Shown here: piece by piece, positions 41,463-43,307 of the stretch
Layout of the letters: each line of letters begins with the position of its first letter
Numbering within the stretch: position 1 is the first letter of the stretch
IMG/VR virus record: IMGVR_UViG_3300016484_001134
Span: 1-43,307 of that record
Strand: one strand, 5' to 3'
DNA: 43,307 bases
From: a virus
Taxonomy: Duplodnaviria; Caudoviricetes
Program-made: the position numbers and the translations under genes
The notes under the pieces: generated by a model
What the model was told of the DNA's origin: nothing
Seen by the model: the letters and a program-made list of their open reading frames with translations, nothing else
Database searches by the model: none

Positions 41463-43307
41463 TCGCAGTCCCCCCACGACACCGTCGAAGTCTTCACGCC
41501 GACTGGAATGACCAGCGGATCGGAGTAGGGCAGGGCGATTTCCGACTGTGCAACGATCTGCCGCACTGCCAGGTCGCCGAGGTGTGTTGGGAACTGCCCG
41601 GCAAGGGAGTCATGGACTTGGAGCAGGACCTCCACCTGCGGCAGGTTGTCGTGGATGTTGACATAGGCTCGGTTGATGAGGCAGGCGATTGTCGACTGCG
41701 GAATCCACGCGGCCGCCTGGTTGAACACCGTGCCTTCAATCCTGTCGAAGAAATAGCAGCGATACCCGAAGACGTTCTCCACCATGCGGCGCTTGAGCAG
41801 CTGATCCTTCATGTCTTCCTGGTACTTCTTGAGCCTGGGGAACTTCCCGAAGTACCATTTCTGCGTGCGCTCGGCCTCGTGCACGGAAATCCCCAGGCGC
41901 TCTGCCAACCCCTTCGCCGTGCCCAGGTAATGCGTGCCGTGGCAGAAGGGCTTGAAGAAGGTGTTGCGGCGCTTGTCTGACTTGGAAAAGTTCGGGTCGT
42001 GGTAAAACTCCTTCCCCACCATCGTGTAGAAGTCCACGCCCTCCTTCAGCATGGCTTTGGCTTCGGGCTCATCGGCCTCCCAAAAGACAATTCGAAGGTC
42101 AGCAGAAGACAGGTCGATATCGAAGAATGTGCACCCGGGGTCTGGGATGAAGAGACTGCGTACGTTAGGCAGTTCGAGGTCGTCGGACCCGCCACCCTTC
42201 GGAATGTTCTGAAGATTGAGTCCGGTACCGAAGGCATTGGTCGAGCTACTAAAACGATACGTCTCCGTCCCTGCGATGTTAAAACTGCATCGCATTCTTC
42301 CATCAATATCGACAGGAGCGTTGATGAAGGTGGAGAGGAAGACACCCAGACTGCGGAGTTCTTGAATCTTCTTGACCACGGGTCGTAGGAGAGGTTCTCG
42401 ATCCCCGATCTTACCAAGAGCCTCATCATCGCACGTAACGGTTCCGGTTTTTCTGCTGATGATCGGGCGCTGTCCGAGGGATTCATAGAACAACTCCTTC
42501 ATCTGCGGGTAGGACTTGATATTGATTGGATGGCCGAGAACGTCCTGAAGCCAGGTCTCGCGAGAAGCGATCTCGTTCATCAGGGTCATAGCGAAGTCGG
42601 CCTTGCGCTTGTGATCGACCCGCACACCGCGGTTCATGGACTTGAGCACCGGCCAGAAGAGCCTCTGCTGGAAGTCGTGGGGGGCCCGCAACCGCATCTG
42701 GTCGACGTTGGACTGCTCGACCTCGTCGACCTCGTAGGTGATAACAGCGTCCTTGCAGTTGTACGACCAAAGCTGATCCTCTCCGGTTTTCTCGTCCCAC
42801 TCCTTCCCTTCGTCCTTCCAGTACTCGTGGAAGTTGCAGTACATGCTCGACAGAAAGTCCAGTCCCTTCGGCATGTTGGAGAAGCATACATGCTGGGCGA
42901 GCATGGTGTCACGAACAAGCCGCGGGAGGTAGTGCACGTGACGGAAAAAGTACTGTGCGTCGTAAGAGAAATTCTGGCCGATGACCTGGCAGTTGGAATG
43001 GGTCAGGAGCTTGTAGAGGTGCCACTGGATTTCGGACTCTTCCTGCTCAGACCAGTAGCCAGCAGTACGCTCCGCGCACATCCAGGGGATGCACAAGGCT
43101 TCCAGTTTCGACCAGGCCAGCCCCACGCAAGCAATGTGGCCAGAACGGGTTTCGACGTCTACCGCGAGCTTGAGCTGGCGGGCGGCGACGACCTGTTCCA
43201 GCATGGAGAGGGTCTGCACGACGGTCGCGAAATCGGGACGGATTATGAACCGATAATCCGGCCGGATTAACTCCCTCGTCGCCGAATGCGCTGCCGCCCT
43301 TCGCAGG
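41459..43307 (-). CDS. polA: Family A DNA polymerase, 3'-5' exonuclease and polymerase domains (C-terminal part of a ~790-aa UDG-PolA fusion)
   Basis: ExoI DVET, ExoII QNFSYD, ExoIII YNCKD; GTETYRFSS...NLQNIP; motif A DLSSADLR; motif B KPFCHGTHY; motif C VHDS. The frame is open to the window end. Confidence 0.93.
   Translation of the reverse strand, partial: LRRAAAHSATRELIRPDYRFIIRPDFATVVQTLSMLEQVVAARQLKLAVDVETRSGHIACVGLAWSKLEALCIPWMCAERTAGYWSEQEESEIQWHLYKLLTHSNCQVIGQNFSYDAQYFFRHVHYLPRLVRDTMLAQHVCFSNMPKGLDFLSSMYCNFHEYWKDEGKEWDEKTGEDQLWSYNCKDAVITYEVDEVEQSNVDQMRLRAPHDFQQRLFWPVLKSMNRGVRVDHKRKADFAMTLMNEIASRETWLQDVLGHPINIKSYPQMKELFYESLGQRPIISRKTGTVTCDDEALGKIGDREPLLRPVVKKIQELRSLGVFLSTFINAPVDIDGRMRCSFNIAGTETYRFSSSTNAFGTGLNLQNIPKGGGSDDLELPNVRSLFIPDPGCTFFDIDLSSADLRIVFWEADEPEAKAMLKEGVDFYTMVGKEFYHDPNFSKSDKRRNTFFKPFCHGTHYLGTAKGLAERLGISVHEAERTQKWYFGKFPRLKKYQEDMKDQLLKRRMVENVFGYRCYFFDRIEGTVFNQAAAWIPQSTIACLINRAYVNIHDNLPQVEVLLQVHDSLAGQFPTHLGDLAVRQIVAQSEIALPYSDPLVIPVGVKTSTVSWGDCE
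43229..43270. promoter_or_regulatory. 42-bp palindromic element copy 7, inside the polymerase gene (UDG-exonuclease linker)
   Basis: GAAATC ggga CGGATTA tgaaccga TAATCCG gccg GATTAA. Confidence 0.7.

Larger units (their letters stand above)
1..43307. mobile_element. Complete circularly permuted podovirus-type phage genome (Caudoviricetes), probably lytic
   Basis: Full terminase-portal-scaffold-capsid-tail-ejection set with no tape measure or sheath gene, plus a replication module. Position 1 and position 43307 join in frame (...VH-D-LRRAAAH...) in the polymerase gene. No integrase seen. Confidence 0.92.

Overview
The window looks like one complete, circularly permuted ~43.3 kb genome of a GC-rich, podovirus-type tailed phage. 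The two ends join in frame inside the DNA polymerase gene. I found no integrase, CI-type repressor, RNA polymerase, reverse transcriptase or CRISPR array, so it is probably lytic and transcribed by host sigma70 RNA polymerase. The minus strand (about 18.8 kb down to 1, wrapping through 43.3 to 40.2 kb) carries the early and replication genes: Dda/RecD-like helicase, PD-(D/E)XK exonuclease, Sak4-like ATPase, SSB-like protein, MazG-like proteins, a J-domain protein, a ParB-methyltransferase fusion, a UDG-PolA fusion and a DUF3987-like NTPase. It also carries an out-of-place tailspike and the endolysin. The plus strand (19.25-40.2 kb) carries terminase, portal, scaffold, capsid, tail, ejection, holin-like and lipoprotein genes, interrupted by a HEXXH protein, a polysaccharide deacetylase and a PAPS-reductase-like gene. 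Three non-coding features stand out. (1) A 42-bp palindrome, GAAAYC-N4-CGGATTA-N8-TAATCCG-N4-GRTTTC, occurs at least 7 times around the genome and overlaps two promoters. (2) A ~500-bp degenerate palindrome near 17.5 kb has 10-bp tandem repeats, a G-quadruplex tract and a split copy of that element. (3) A ~450-nt densely structured intergenic segment at 4.5-5.0 kb has two tRNA T-arm-like hairpins and may be an ncRNA. All protein calls come from motif recognition by eye, not database searches.
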